A DNA stretch of 64,000 nucleotides from Acutalibacteraceae bacterium (GCA_045651745.1 JAZRSW010000029.1:10674-74673); one strand, 5' to 3'; positions 1-8,191 are shown, counted from the stretch's first letter. Numbers and translations are program-made. Notes: generated by a model from the letters alone, not told the origin.

Positions 1-375
1 TTTGGGCAGATAAACCGTTATCTTTGGCGTGCCGATATTTATTCCGATATAGTCATACCAAGATTTTTCGTTGACAACATTAATAACCAACGTATTTTCG
101 TAAACATTAACGAAGTGTTTCTCTTTTTTGCCCTCATAACACCCTACTTTGCACTTGCCGTCGTCGGATACTGCAAATATAACGTCGGCAGTATCGGTTT
201 TTATTGATATATCATTAAAATTTTCCGTAATTTCATAAAAATTGGTCTGATATTTGACGGTTGACAGTTTTTTGAAATCCCATTTAATCACTGACATTAC
301 AGTGCCAAAAACAATACAACCAACCAACACAAGAGAAACCGCTATAATAAGCCAAATTTTCGTTGTCTTTCTCAT
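1..375 (-). CDS. DUF4097-like (LiaG-like, putative adhesin) protein, N-terminal 125 codons only; continues past the window start
   Basis: Not in the ORF track because it is edge-truncated. Own translation from ATG at 375-373 gives MRKTTKIWLIIAVSLVLVGCIVFGTVMSVIKWDFKKLSTVKYQTNFYEITENFNDISIKTDTADVIF..., open to nt 1. N-terminal TM helix. The start overlaps the stop of the DUF1700 gene (TAATG). PadR/DUF1700/DUF4097 triads are a recurrent arrangement. Confidence 0.55.
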   Translation of the reverse strand, partial: MRKTTKIWLIIAVSLVLVGCIVFGTVMSVIKWDFKKLSTVKYQTNFYEITENFNDISIKTDTADVIFAVSDDGKCKVGCYEGKKEKHFVNVYENTLVINVVNEKSWYDYIGINIGTPKITVYLPK

Positions 376-974
376 TACGCTTCCTCCTTTTTGATAAAAC
401 GGTTTTTGAGCCATACTGCAATTTTCTTTGTGAGCATTAAAATGCCCTTTGTTGCGCCTTTACAACCGTAAAACATAAAAATTGAAAGCCCTGCGCAAAC
501 GAGTCCTGCCGAAAGCATCGCAACACCTGTATAGACGCTACTTTTCACGCTCAAAACCGCGCAAGACACCACACCGCCAACGGCACAACCTACCAACGAG
601 GCGAACACCGACCAAAGTGAAATAATCACAGACCACAGTGGAACGTAAACTGAGAAAATTACGGCAATCAGGGCAATAATCAACGAAAGCCATATCGGAG
701 AGCCAAGCGCCAAAAGTACGATTTCCCAAACCTTTATTTGCCTTTTTGGTTTTATTTTTTCCTTTGCGATTTTTACAAACGGCGTATCTGCAACTACCTG
801 CTCGACAATTTTTTCGACCGAGCCTACTGACAAAACTGCCTCATCCTCCGAAAGTCCTTCTTCTATTTTATCGTCTATCATTTCACCGTAAAACATCACG
901 CGTTCTTCTATGTCAGTTGTCGGCAAACCTTTTAGACCTTGGCGCAATTGCCGGAGAAATTCCTGCTTACTCAT
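375..974 (-). CDS. DUF1700-family membrane protein (PadR-associated)
   Basis: N-terminus MSKQEFLRQLRQGLKGLPTTDIEERVMFYGEMIDD is typical of DUF1700. The C-terminal half is multi-pass hydrophobic. 8-nt overlap with the padR-like gene. Confidence 0.7.
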   Translation of the reverse strand: MSKQEFLRQLRQGLKGLPTTDIEERVMFYGEMIDDKIEEGLSEDEAVLSVGSVEKIVEQVVADTPFVKIAKEKIKPKRQIKVWEIVLLALGSPIWLSLIIALIAVIFSVYVPLWSVIISLWSVFASLVGCAVGGVVSCAVLSVKSSVYTGVAMLSAGLVCAGLSIFMFYGCKGATKGILMLTKKIAVWLKNRFIKKEEA

Positions 975-1287
975 TTCCTTCGTCCTCCTTTATTACAAAT
1001 TTATATATAGACAAAATTTCCTTCCATTCATCTTTGAATTCTTCAATGCGTTTTAATCCCTCGTTGGTAATATGATAATATTTACGAAGTCTGCCACCGT
1101 GTTCAGCGGTGCGAACAGTCAGCATACCCGCAGTTTCCAAACGTTTTAAAATAGTATACAAGGTAGACTCCGATAATTCGATATACGGTTTTACATCTTT
1201 AATAATCTTATATCCGTACGAGTCCTCGTTTTTGATTGCCGCCAAAACGCAAACATCCAACAACCCTCGTTTTAACTGAATATCCAT
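967..1287 (-). CDS. PadR-family transcriptional regulator
   Basis: 106-aa winged helix: LDVCVLAAIKNEDSYGYKIIKDV...STLYTILKRLETAGML...GGRLRKYYHITNEG. RBS AAGGAGG upstream of the ATG. Confidence 0.85.
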   Translation of the reverse strand: MDIQLKRGLLDVCVLAAIKNEDSYGYKIIKDVKPYIELSESTLYTILKRLETAGMLTVRTAEHGGRLRKYYHITNEGLKRIEEFKDEWKEILSIYKFVIKEDEGNE

Positions 1288-1311
1288 ACTATACCTCCTT
1301 TTACGTAATAC

Positions 1312-1340
1312 ATCATATCACGAAGTATTAAAATTGTCAA
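1312..1340 (-). promoter_or_regulatory. Putative sigma-A type promoter of the padR operon
   Basis: Minus strand reads TTGACA (1340-1335), a 17-nt spacer, then TATGAT (1317-1312), about 25 nt upstream of the padR RBS. Confidence 0.45.
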
Positions 1341-1367
1341 TGGATTTAATAATTAAGTGAATTCTAT

Positions 1368-1395
1368 TTGATTTTAAAATTAAACATAGTATAAT
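1368..1395 (+). promoter_or_regulatory. Putative promoter of the XRE-family gene
   Basis: TTGATT (1368-1373), 16-nt spacer, TATAAT (1390-1395). Leaves a ~110-nt leader before the ATG at 1512. Confidence 0.4.
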
Positions 1396-1511
1396 ATAAA
1401 AAAGCGTACTTAAATTTTCGCACTACTAACGGTTGATTTCTCCCTACTCAACCAACGGTATGTGTATTTTGTCACCTTAATCAATTATACTGTAATCAAA
1501 GGAGGCGACGT

Positions 1512-2123
1512 ATGGACCAGATAAAAATAGGAAAATTTATTGCCGACAGAAGAAAAGAGGTTAATTTAACCCAAATGCAGTTGGCAGAAATCTTAAATAT
1601 CACCGACCGAGCGGTATCAAAATGGGAAACGGGTAAATCTCTGCCCGATTCATCTATAATGCTCGAGTTGTGCAACATTCTTAAAATCACAGTAAACGAT
1701 TTATTAAGTGGGGAGGTAGTTACAATGGATAAATACAACAAAGAATTAGAGAACAATTTGCTTGAAATGATTAAGCAAAAAGAACAGGCAGACAAAAGAT
1801 TGTTGTCCGTAGAAGTGTTTATAGGCATTACCGCGACGGTCGTTCTTTTTGCTTTGATATTTGTTGCCGCTTTTGTGCAAATGTCAAATGGACTAAGAAT
1901 TACTCTCATTGTATTTGGATTTGTTTTGTTCTTAGCGGGTTGCTTCTATGCACTGCGGATGGAGCAAGTGGCAGGATATTATACATGCAAAGAATGCGGA
2001 CACCGATATGCACCGACATATAGAGCCGTTGCTATGGCTCCGCACATGGGCAGAACAAGATATATGCGTTGCCCGAAGTGTAACAAATTTTCTTGGCAGA
2101 AAAAGGTGTTGAGCAAGGACTAA
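1512..2123 (+). CDS. XRE-family HTH regulator with two TM helices and a C-terminal zinc ribbon
   Basis: HTH_3-like N-terminus (IGKFIADRRKEVNLTQMQLAEILNITDRAVSKWETGKSLP). Two hydrophobic helices. C-terminal CKECG...CPKC. RBS AAGGAGG. Confidence 0.75.
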   Translation: MDQIKIGKFIADRRKEVNLTQMQLAEILNITDRAVSKWETGKSLPDSSIMLELCNILKITVNDLLSGEVVTMDKYNKELENNLLEMIKQKEQADKRLLSVEVFIGITATVVLFALIFVAAFVQMSNGLRITLIVFGFVLFLAGCFYALRMEQVAGYYTCKECGHRYAPTYRAVAMAPHMGRTRYMRCPKCNKFSWQKKVLSKD

Positions 2124-2154
2124 TAAGCCCTTTGCTTAACGACATAAACATTAA

Positions 2155-2190
2155 AAAGGATGCGCGAAAATTCGTGCATCCTTTTAATTT
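2155..2190. terminator. Bidirectional intrinsic terminator between convergent genes
   Basis: AAAGGATGCGCGAA..TTCGTGCATCCTTT stem flanked by A-run and T-run. Lies between the stop at 2123 (+) and the stop at 2194 (-). Confidence 0.7.
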
Positions 2191-2193
2191 TAT

Positions 2194-3729
2194 TTATCTA
2201 ATTTTATCATTCGGTTGAGTTACGGGGATTTCAAGCCTTGCCGATTCAAGCCCTTTTGAATGAGCATAAACCTTCAAAGTGCCTTCCTTTCCTGTTGACA
2301 CAATAAGCGCGGCGACAACGCCGGCACGCATTTCTCTTTTATTAGAGGATAGCGACATGTGGTCACAATAATCCGAACCGGTTGAACGAACAATACCCAA
2401 ACCATTACATTCTAAGCTGACACTTACTTTCGCATCGGGGACGCGATTGCCGTTAGCATCGACACAATAACAATTAATAAGTACAGCATCGTACGGCGTG
2501 GCAAACAACGCTTCGGTCTGCATTTCGAGTTCGAGTGCAACCGGTTCGCCTGTGGTAACTATGCGGTCAAGCGCCACCTCTTTCCCGCCGATATAACCCT
2601 TTGCAACAACTTCACCCGGCATGTAAATAACCTTCCATTCACCGTGACCGTATTTTTCGATGTCTTTTTTGCCAAGGCTCTTGCCGTTTAAGAACAGTTC
2701 AACCTGCTCGCAGTTAGTATATGTCCACACTGTGACTTCTTCGCCTTTGCGACCTTTGAGATTCCAATGCGGTAATATATGCACCATCGGTTTTTCACTC
2801 CAGAACGACTGGTTCTGATAAAACGCGTCTTTTCTTTGCAAAAACAAATCAATAGCGCCTGATACCGAACAAAGTCGTGGCCACTGACACTCACCGCGAT
2901 GCTCGATAGCTGCCCACTGATAACCGCCTGCAACCCATTCGCGTTCCATAAGGAACTTCCACGTGCCTTCGCGTCCGGGTTGGTTTTTATTATCATAATA
3001 ATCAAAAGCACTAAAGTACTGACTTTTAAGGTCAGAATCGTTATACCAACCGCGTGTGCTCGGCAATGCACAGTTTTCTGATGAAAAAATCGGCAATTTC
3101 GGGAACTTTTCATGAAGAGCATCATATCCCGCAAGATTATAATTAATACCAACAATATCCTGCGCCTCAAAACACTTAACCTTTTCGGGATTGGCGTCGC
3201 TCGAACTGGTTACGGGACGGGTTGGGTCAAGTTCGCGTATTATGCACGAATTTCTTTCAACAAACCTTTTACCCTGCTCGGTCAATGCCATTCTTTCCTC
3301 GTTAAACAACGACCACATAATAACGCCGGGACGGTTTCTGTCCTTCTTTATAAGAGTAACGAGTTGGTCAATGTATTCGTCACTTGTGCCAAACCATCTT
3401 GTTTCACTCATAACAAGGAAACCTTGACGGTCGAGTTCGTCCATCGTCTGGTCGCTATGTGAATAGTGCGACGTACGATAACCGTTAGCGCCCATTTCCT
3501 TAAACAGTTTTATGCGGTATCTCTTTATACGGTCAAACACCGTCTTGACCCACTCACAGTACCGCTGGCACTGCTGTTGATATGTGTGGTAGGTACCAAA
3601 GGAATATGTCCCCTGTGATGCCGTCCCCGCTTTCTTTGCAACGTGCTTGGATTGACCAAAGCAGCACAGGCTTTGGAGCACATCGTTCACTTGCATTTTG
3701 AGATTCTTTCGGCGTTCTCGTTTTGCCAT
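2194..3729 (-). pseudogene. Chimeric ORF: integrase-type N-terminal ~70 aa fused in frame to a 5'-truncated GH2-family glycosidase
   Basis: From IKLFKEMGANGYRTSHY onward it is a GH2 TIM barrel (NRPGVIMWSLFNEE acid/base region) plus C-terminal beta domains. The ~300-aa N-terminal sugar-binding and Ig domains of GH2 enzymes are missing. The first ~70 aa (MAKRERRKNLK...FGQSKHVAKK...YSFGTYHTYQQQCQRYCEWVK) resemble the N-terminal arm of plasmid/ICE tyrosine recombinases. ATG at 3729 has RBS GGAGG 8 nt upstream; the ORF-track start at 3738 is GTG. Confidence 0.55.
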
Positions 3730-4025
3730 ATTGGACACCTCCCCGGTGCAGATTGGTTAAAGTAAAACAAGGCGCTTTTTATCCTGTTGCGCGTCAGTCC
3801 GGTATGGTTGCTGCATCACTTACGATTTATAAATTGGTCATTCTTTCCTTTCTTCAAAATTGTTAATTGTGGGCGTGCGGCGATAGGCACCGCCTTTAGT
3901 TGCTGGGGTATGGCTGAGCGGTTGCAGCTTCGCTCGTTTTGTTCAAAGTCACCTATTATCATTTCGCGTGCTGTTGCACGCTCATAACAATATAATGACA
4001 TACGCGAAGGGTCTCAAAGCGTATT

Positions 4026-4061
4026 CCGCCGTTTATACGTCGAGAATCGTATAAACGGCGG
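4026..4061. repeat. Perfect 14-bp inverted repeat (stem-loop) in a non-coding gap
   Basis: CCGCCGTTTATACG (4026-4039), 8-nt loop, CGTATAAACGGCGG (4048-4061). No T-tract on either strand. Confidence 0.6.
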
Positions 4062-4235
4062 CGCCGCTTAAGGGGAACGAAAAAGAACGCATACAGACAA
4101 CTACCTGTATGCGCTCTTTCAAAAACGTTATGGATATGCGTTGAAAAATTCACATTTTTATGATATAATACTATTCGATAAACTTGAATTTGTCGAACAG
4201 TTAGGAAAATAAGAATTTGTAGGAAGGAATAATTC

Positions 4236-5252
4236 ATGCGATTTTTTCACGCTATCGATGTGGAACGTCTATTGAAAATAAAAGGAAAACGAGGTTACGG
4301 CATCTCCCTTGCCGTTGTCAAAGGCGACGAAATCGAGACATACTGTTCTGGCAGTGGCAGATACGGACAGGACTTCCCGGTAAATCCTGACATGCTGTTC
4401 CAGGCCGGTTCTATCAGTAAGCCCATGTTTGCACTGACGCTCCTTCGATATGTGGACAAAGGACTCATCGATTTAGATGCGGATATTTCGGGTATTCTCA
4501 GCGATTTTGTTAAGAAGCCTCCTATGACTTTCCCTGCACTGCTATCCCACACAGCAGGGTACAGCGTTGGCGGATTCATGGGATATCGCGCCGACGCCCC
4601 GTTACTGTCGTTGGAGGATGTGATTGCAGGACGCGGCAACTCAAAGAAGGTCGTCAAAATCAAGCCCTACGGAAAGCAGTACAGATATTCTGGCGGTGGC
4701 ATTACGCTGGCTGAGCTTGCCTTTACGCGACTTGCGGGAACATCGCTCAGGGATGCTTTTCAGAAAGAAGTCGCCGAGCCTCTATGCTTAACCAGAACCG
4801 GTTATTTCCAACCGCTTGACGAGGATTTGGTTGCTAATGCCGCGTTTGGAGGTAGGCTCGCATACAGAAAAAAAGAAGATTCCGCCCATGGTTATCATTA
4901 CTATCCGGAACACGCTGCAGCAGGTCTTTGGACAACGCCTATAGAGATGACGAAGGTCGGTATTGCGCTTTCGAGAAGCTTCCGCAAACGGGGGTTGCTT
5001 GAACAGAAGACTGCTGAACGAATGGCAACTCCTATATTAGGTGGCTGTGGGCTTTGTCTGTTCCGCAATGGGGATACCGCATATCATTACGGTGGAAACG
5101 AGGGTTTCCTTACATTTTGGAGATTCTCCCTGAAGGAAGACCTTTGTGTAGCCGGCATGGTCAACAATAGCTATGGTCATACCTTTGAAGCAATGAAAGA
5201 AATCGAGAATAAACTGTTTGAAAGTTTACAGAATACAGACACATCAAAATAG
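4236..5252 (+). CDS. Serine hydrolase of the beta-lactamase / PBP (PF00144-like) family
   Basis: SxxK motif in LFQAGSISKPMFALTLL. YSGGG region follows. 338 aa. RBS AGGAAGGA. Confidence 0.8.
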   Translation: MRFFHAIDVERLLKIKGKRGYGISLAVVKGDEIETYCSGSGRYGQDFPVNPDMLFQAGSISKPMFALTLLRYVDKGLIDLDADISGILSDFVKKPPMTFPALLSHTAGYSVGGFMGYRADAPLLSLEDVIAGRGNSKKVVKIKPYGKQYRYSGGGITLAELAFTRLAGTSLRDAFQKEVAEPLCLTRTGYFQPLDEDLVANAAFGGRLAYRKKEDSAHGYHYYPEHAAAGLWTTPIEMTKVGIALSRSFRKRGLLEQKTAERMATPILGGCGLCLFRNGDTAYHYGGNEGFLTFWRFSLKEDLCVAGMVNNSYGHTFEAMKEIENKLFESLQNTDTSK

Positions 5253-5280
5253 TCAAATTCCAATATGTCGAACTCCCGCA

Positions 5281-5544
5281 TTATTCCGGGAACGGCAGTT
5301 CTCCACCGTCATCCGGTTCCGGTTCATCTTCCTGTACAACCACCGGAGGGGTGGGCGGTACGGCTGTCCGAACATCCGCGCCAAAGTAGGATTCCAGCAA
5401 ATCCGTCGGGAGCATGCCTACGCGCTTTTGCTCGTCCAGCCATTCTATGAACTTGCTCGGCAGTTGTAGCTTCTTTGTTAGCTGTGTATGCCCTACGGCA
5501 TCGTAGCATACATACTGCACGCTGCCATCCATATTGAAGTGCAT
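5281..5544 (-). pseudogene. Orphan C-terminal fragment of an unidentified (mobile-element?) protein
   Basis: ORF ends in a Pro/acidic tail (PPTPPVVVQEDEPEPDDGGELPFPE). No convincing RBS. Its 5' side abuts the TnpV fragment on the other strand. Confidence 0.25.
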
Positions 5545-5596
5545 TGACGCGCCGTTGATACGGCGCGTTAATTGTTCCCAAGCAACAGCGTTGTAT

Positions 5597-5743
5597 CTTC
5601 GGTTGGTAAAGGAACTCTCCGAAAAAGAAAATGTAACAGAAAACTTAAAGGCAACTGACCAAATGGCGTGGGTGCAGAAGATGAATAATATCCGTAATCG
5701 TGCAACGGAAATTGTAAATGCAGAAATGATTTACACAGTATAA
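5597..5743 (+). pseudogene. C-terminal fragment of a TnpV-like transposon-associated protein
   Basis: ...ENVTENLKATDQMAWVQKMNNIRNRATEIVNAEMIY matches from memory the conserved C-terminus of TnpV (Tn4451-type). The N-terminal ~70 aa are absent. Confidence 0.55.
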
Positions 5744-5817
5744 TCGCATTGGCGGCAGGGAGAAATCTCTGCCGCCATTTTCTTATGCTTAGATTTATGG
5801 ATTTTTACAGTTATTTA

Positions 5818-5826
5818 TGCTATAAT
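5818..5826 (+). promoter_or_regulatory. Extended -10 element (TGCTATAAT)
   Basis: TGnTATAAT at 5818-5826, about 30 nt upstream of the ATG at 5857. Confidence 0.4.
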
Positions 5827-5856
5827 GTCAATACAAAAACACAAAGGATGTTAAAG

Positions 5857-6609
5857 ATGACTAAATGGATATGGAACGGAGAAATAGATTTTGCTTGGGA
5901 AGAATTATCGCAGTTTATAATAAAAAAATGTGATGAATTTACAAATACTATGTTAGAAACCACTTCGTTTTCTCCGAACGAAGAAAGCAAAGCTCTTATT
6001 TCTTCTGAATGTTTGGAGCGATATAAAAATTTAACCCAATTATTGTCAGAAAGTATGAAAGATTATCCGTACTATTATTGTGGCGATTTAGGGGATAATT
6101 TACAAAATGCAAAAAAACTTAACAGTTGGATTCTTTTGGGTTCATTAACTGAAACAACATTGCAAATTTTTCTTGCTTTTTATATGGACGATTACAAAAA
6201 TGCAAAATGGCAACTGTGGGATAATTTTAAGACAGATGAAACTTTACAACCTATTATAAAATTTATTGATGATGATTTAATTGGAAAAGGTGAATTGAGT
6301 TCCAAACAAGGGAAATCTATTAAAGAGGCTGTTAAAGAAGTTATAAAAAAACATACAGTCCAACACGATATTAAAAAGATAATGTTAGATGAATTAATAC
6401 AGTTGTTTAGAAAGTTGGGATTATTCGATGACAGTGACCTTAATTATTTAGAGAAAATTAAAGCAAACCGAAATGGAATTCATTCTTTTGAAAATAGAGA
6501 GATTGGCAGTTGGGAAGAACTGCATTATTGTATTCACTTTTTCTGTTATCTTATGGAATGGGTATTGTTTAGGTTGCCGGATATTCCGGACGAAGCTTAT
6601 TTTTACTAA
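5857..6609 (+). CDS. Hypothetical all-helical protein with a C-terminal HEPN-reminiscent RNxxH motif
   Basis: The ORF-track start at 5749 is TTG. ATG at 5857 has AAAGGA 8 nt upstream; 5848 is an alternative ATG. Sequence MTKWIWNGEIDF... carries the C-terminal motif LEKIKANRNGIHSFENRE. Lies in the AT-rich block. Confidence 0.55.
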   Translation: MTKWIWNGEIDFAWEELSQFIIKKCDEFTNTMLETTSFSPNEESKALISSECLERYKNLTQLLSESMKDYPYYYCGDLGDNLQNAKKLNSWILLGSLTETTLQIFLAFYMDDYKNAKWQLWDNFKTDETLQPIIKFIDDDLIGKGELSSKQGKSIKEAVKEVIKKHTVQHDIKKIMLDELIQLFRKLGLFDDSDLNYLEKIKANRNGIHSFENREIGSWEELHYCIHFFCYLMEWVLFRLPDIPDEAYFY

Positions 6610-6644
6610 AATTTATTGAAATACTTTATTTTTCAGACAATTTA

Positions 6645-6653
6645 TGATATAAT
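6645..6653 (+). promoter_or_regulatory. Extended -10 element (TGATATAAT)
   Basis: TGnTATAAT at 6645-6653. The -35 is poor. Confidence 0.4.
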
Positions 6654-6659
6654 ATCATA

Positions 6660-6806
6660 GCCAAACAAAGCAGAATAAGGAACAAATCTTATTACAAGGG
6701 AATATTATACCCTTTTTTGGTTATCATCCGATAAGAGTTCGGTAAAAACGCAACTCCCACTCGGATGGTAATAAGGATTTCCTTTTCTGTTTGAGCTTTG
6801 TTTGGC
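6660..6806 (+). promoter_or_regulatory. Structured 5' leader closed by a 12-bp long-range helix
   Basis: GCCAAACAAAGC (6660-6671) is perfectly complementary to GCTTTGTTTGGC (6795-6806). Enclosed local hairpins include AATAAG/CTTATT, AAGGG/CCCTT and CATCCGA/TCGGATG (with inner GAGTT/AACTC). Confidence 0.4.
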
Positions 6807-6829
6807 GACAATCGGGGTTGCGCTTTTCG

Positions 6830-6857
6830 GTGCGTGGCTTCGGTCACGCACTTTTTT
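6830..6857 (+). terminator. Intrinsic terminator inside the leader, 18 nt before the downstream start codon
   Basis: GTGCGTG-gcttcggt-CACGCAC followed by TTTTTT (6852-6857). Confidence 0.6.
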
Positions 6858-6875
6858 ATAATAAGGGGAATAGTA

Positions 6876-7070
6876 ATGGCTGAAAAACCGCAGAAAAGAA
6901 AAACAAGCTTTTTAAGTAAACCGTTTGATTTAAATAGAAATGGAAAAATCGATCCGGCAGAAGCGGCTTTGATTATGATGGTTATGGATGATGTTAACAA
7001 AGAAACAGAACCACAAAATGAAAGAAATAATGTTATTGATATTGATGATATGGATATAAAAGGTATTTAG
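6876..7070 (+). CDS. 64-aa protein with a single EF-hand-type Ca-binding loop and an acidic tail
   Basis: ATG at 6876 preceded by AAGGGGA. DLNRNGKIDPAE fits the 12-residue EF-hand loop pattern DxNxNGxIxxxE. Stop lies 14 nt before the next gene. Confidence 0.5.
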   Translation: MAEKPQKRKTSFLSKPFDLNRNGKIDPAEAALIMMVMDDVNKETEPQNERNNVIDIDDMDIKGI

Positions 7071-7084
7071 GAGAGTGTAAGATT

Positions 7085-8191
7085 ATGCCATTTTTGATAA
7101 TTGTATTAATTGTTGTTGTAGGAATTGTAATTTATAGTTCTTATACTTCATCACAAAACAAGAAACAGTGTGAAGCAAATATTGAGCGAAGAAAATCTTT
7201 TGTAACATCATCTTTTCCTAATGCACGTACCATAGTGAATAATGGAATTTATTTATTTTTTATGGATGATACAAAACAGTCGTTTGGCATTGATGACAGC
7301 GGAACCACATATAGTTATTCTGGATTGCGCTCTATTAATATTTATAATGATGCAATCAATTTCAGCCACGATAGTGCCTCATATCAGGGTCTACAAATAG
7401 GAAAAAGTCCTTTTCCAGATGATAAGTCTGCTCCCCTTGATAGTAATTCGGTTTCTACGATTGCAAATGCAATGTTCCCAATATTACGTAATAATTTACA
7501 TAAAAAACTAACAGCGTGTGGAATTACACCTACTCACGAGTATGTCAATCGTGGACAAATTTGGGGGTGCGACATAAATTCAAAGGTATATTACAACACA
7601 CACGCATATTTTCAAATTCATGATTTTTCTAAGTTACGTAATGTATCAATGCAAGATGTTAGTGGTAACCCGGATTGGAAATGCAATTATATCATTACTG
7701 TGGTAACGAAAGGTGATGATGGATGGGACGATGACGAATTAGATATCTATGTTGATGACAGTACGACATTGAACAATCTGTTAGCGATGTTTAAAGGTAT
7801 AAAAGATAGACAAAACAGATTTGATATAAGAACAGATCAAAAGGACTTTGATTTGATGGAAGGTCACGAATTTGAGTATTTTTGTGCTGAACTCTTAAGG
7901 AAGAATGGTTATCAAAATGTTAGTGTAACTCAGGGTAGTGGAGACCAAGGTATAGATATTATTGCGTATAGAGATGGAATTAAATATGGTGTTCAATGCA
8001 AATGTTATTCTTCTGATATAGGAAATAAAGCAGTACAAGAAGTATTTGCAGGAAAGTCATATTATGAATGCCATATAGGAGTAGTATTGACCAACCAATA
8101 TTTCACAAGAGCAGCAATAGATTTGGCTCAAAAAAACGGTATTGTTCTCTGGGATAGGAACAAGTTGTTAGAATTAATATCGAATGCTTAG
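7085..8191 (+). CDS. Membrane-anchored protein with a C-terminal Mrr-cat (PD-(D/E)xK restriction endonuclease) domain
   Basis: N-terminal TM helix (PFLIIVLIVVVGIVIYSSY), a ~230-aa unassigned middle region, and a C-terminus GHEFEYFCAELLRKNGYQNVSVTQGSGDQGIDIIAY...VQCKCY...GVVLTNQYFTRAA typical of Mrr_cat. Confidence 0.8.
   Translation: MPFLIIVLIVVVGIVIYSSYTSSQNKKQCEANIERRKSFVTSSFPNARTIVNNGIYLFFMDDTKQSFGIDDSGTTYSYSGLRSINIYNDAINFSHDSASYQGLQIGKSPFPDDKSAPLDSNSVSTIANAMFPILRNNLHKKLTACGITPTHEYVNRGQIWGCDINSKVYYNTHAYFQIHDFSKLRNVSMQDVSGNPDWKCNYIITVVTKGDDGWDDDELDIYVDDSTTLNNLLAMFKGIKDRQNRFDIRTDQKDFDLMEGHEFEYFCAELLRKNGYQNVSVTQGSGDQGIDIIAYRDGIKYGVQCKCYSSDIGNKAVQEVFAGKSYYECHIGVVLTNQYFTRAAIDLAQKNGIVLWDRNKLLELISNA

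Noticed and set aside
3787-4237. Small ORFs (3787-3987 +, 3816-4001 -, 3959-4237 -) in the gap between the chimeric GH2 gene and the serine hydrolase gene, considered as excisionase or accessory genes.
   Set aside because: They have no RBS, their translations are unrecognisable, and they overlap each other and the stable hairpins. They are treated as non-coding element debris.
6660-6806. A 12-bp inverted repeat flanking ~120 nt, considered as a retron msr/msd (a1/a2) locus.
   Set aside because: No reverse transcriptase gene exists anywhere in the window. The downstream ORFs are an EF-hand peptide and an Mrr-type nuclease. The segment is better explained as a cis-acting leader.
6660-6857. Known riboswitch classes or a T-box in the same leader.
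   Set aside because: No T-box consensus (..GGUGGUACCGCG..) or specifier-loop architecture was seen. No purine, SAM, c-di-GMP, ZTP or preQ1 core sequences are recognisable by eye. The region is kept only as an unclassified candidate.
6692-7000. 102-aa minus-strand ORF overlapping the structured leader and the EF-hand ORF.
   Set aside because: It is antisense to a better-supported promoter/leader/ORF arrangement, has no RBS, and gives a hydrophobic low-information translation.
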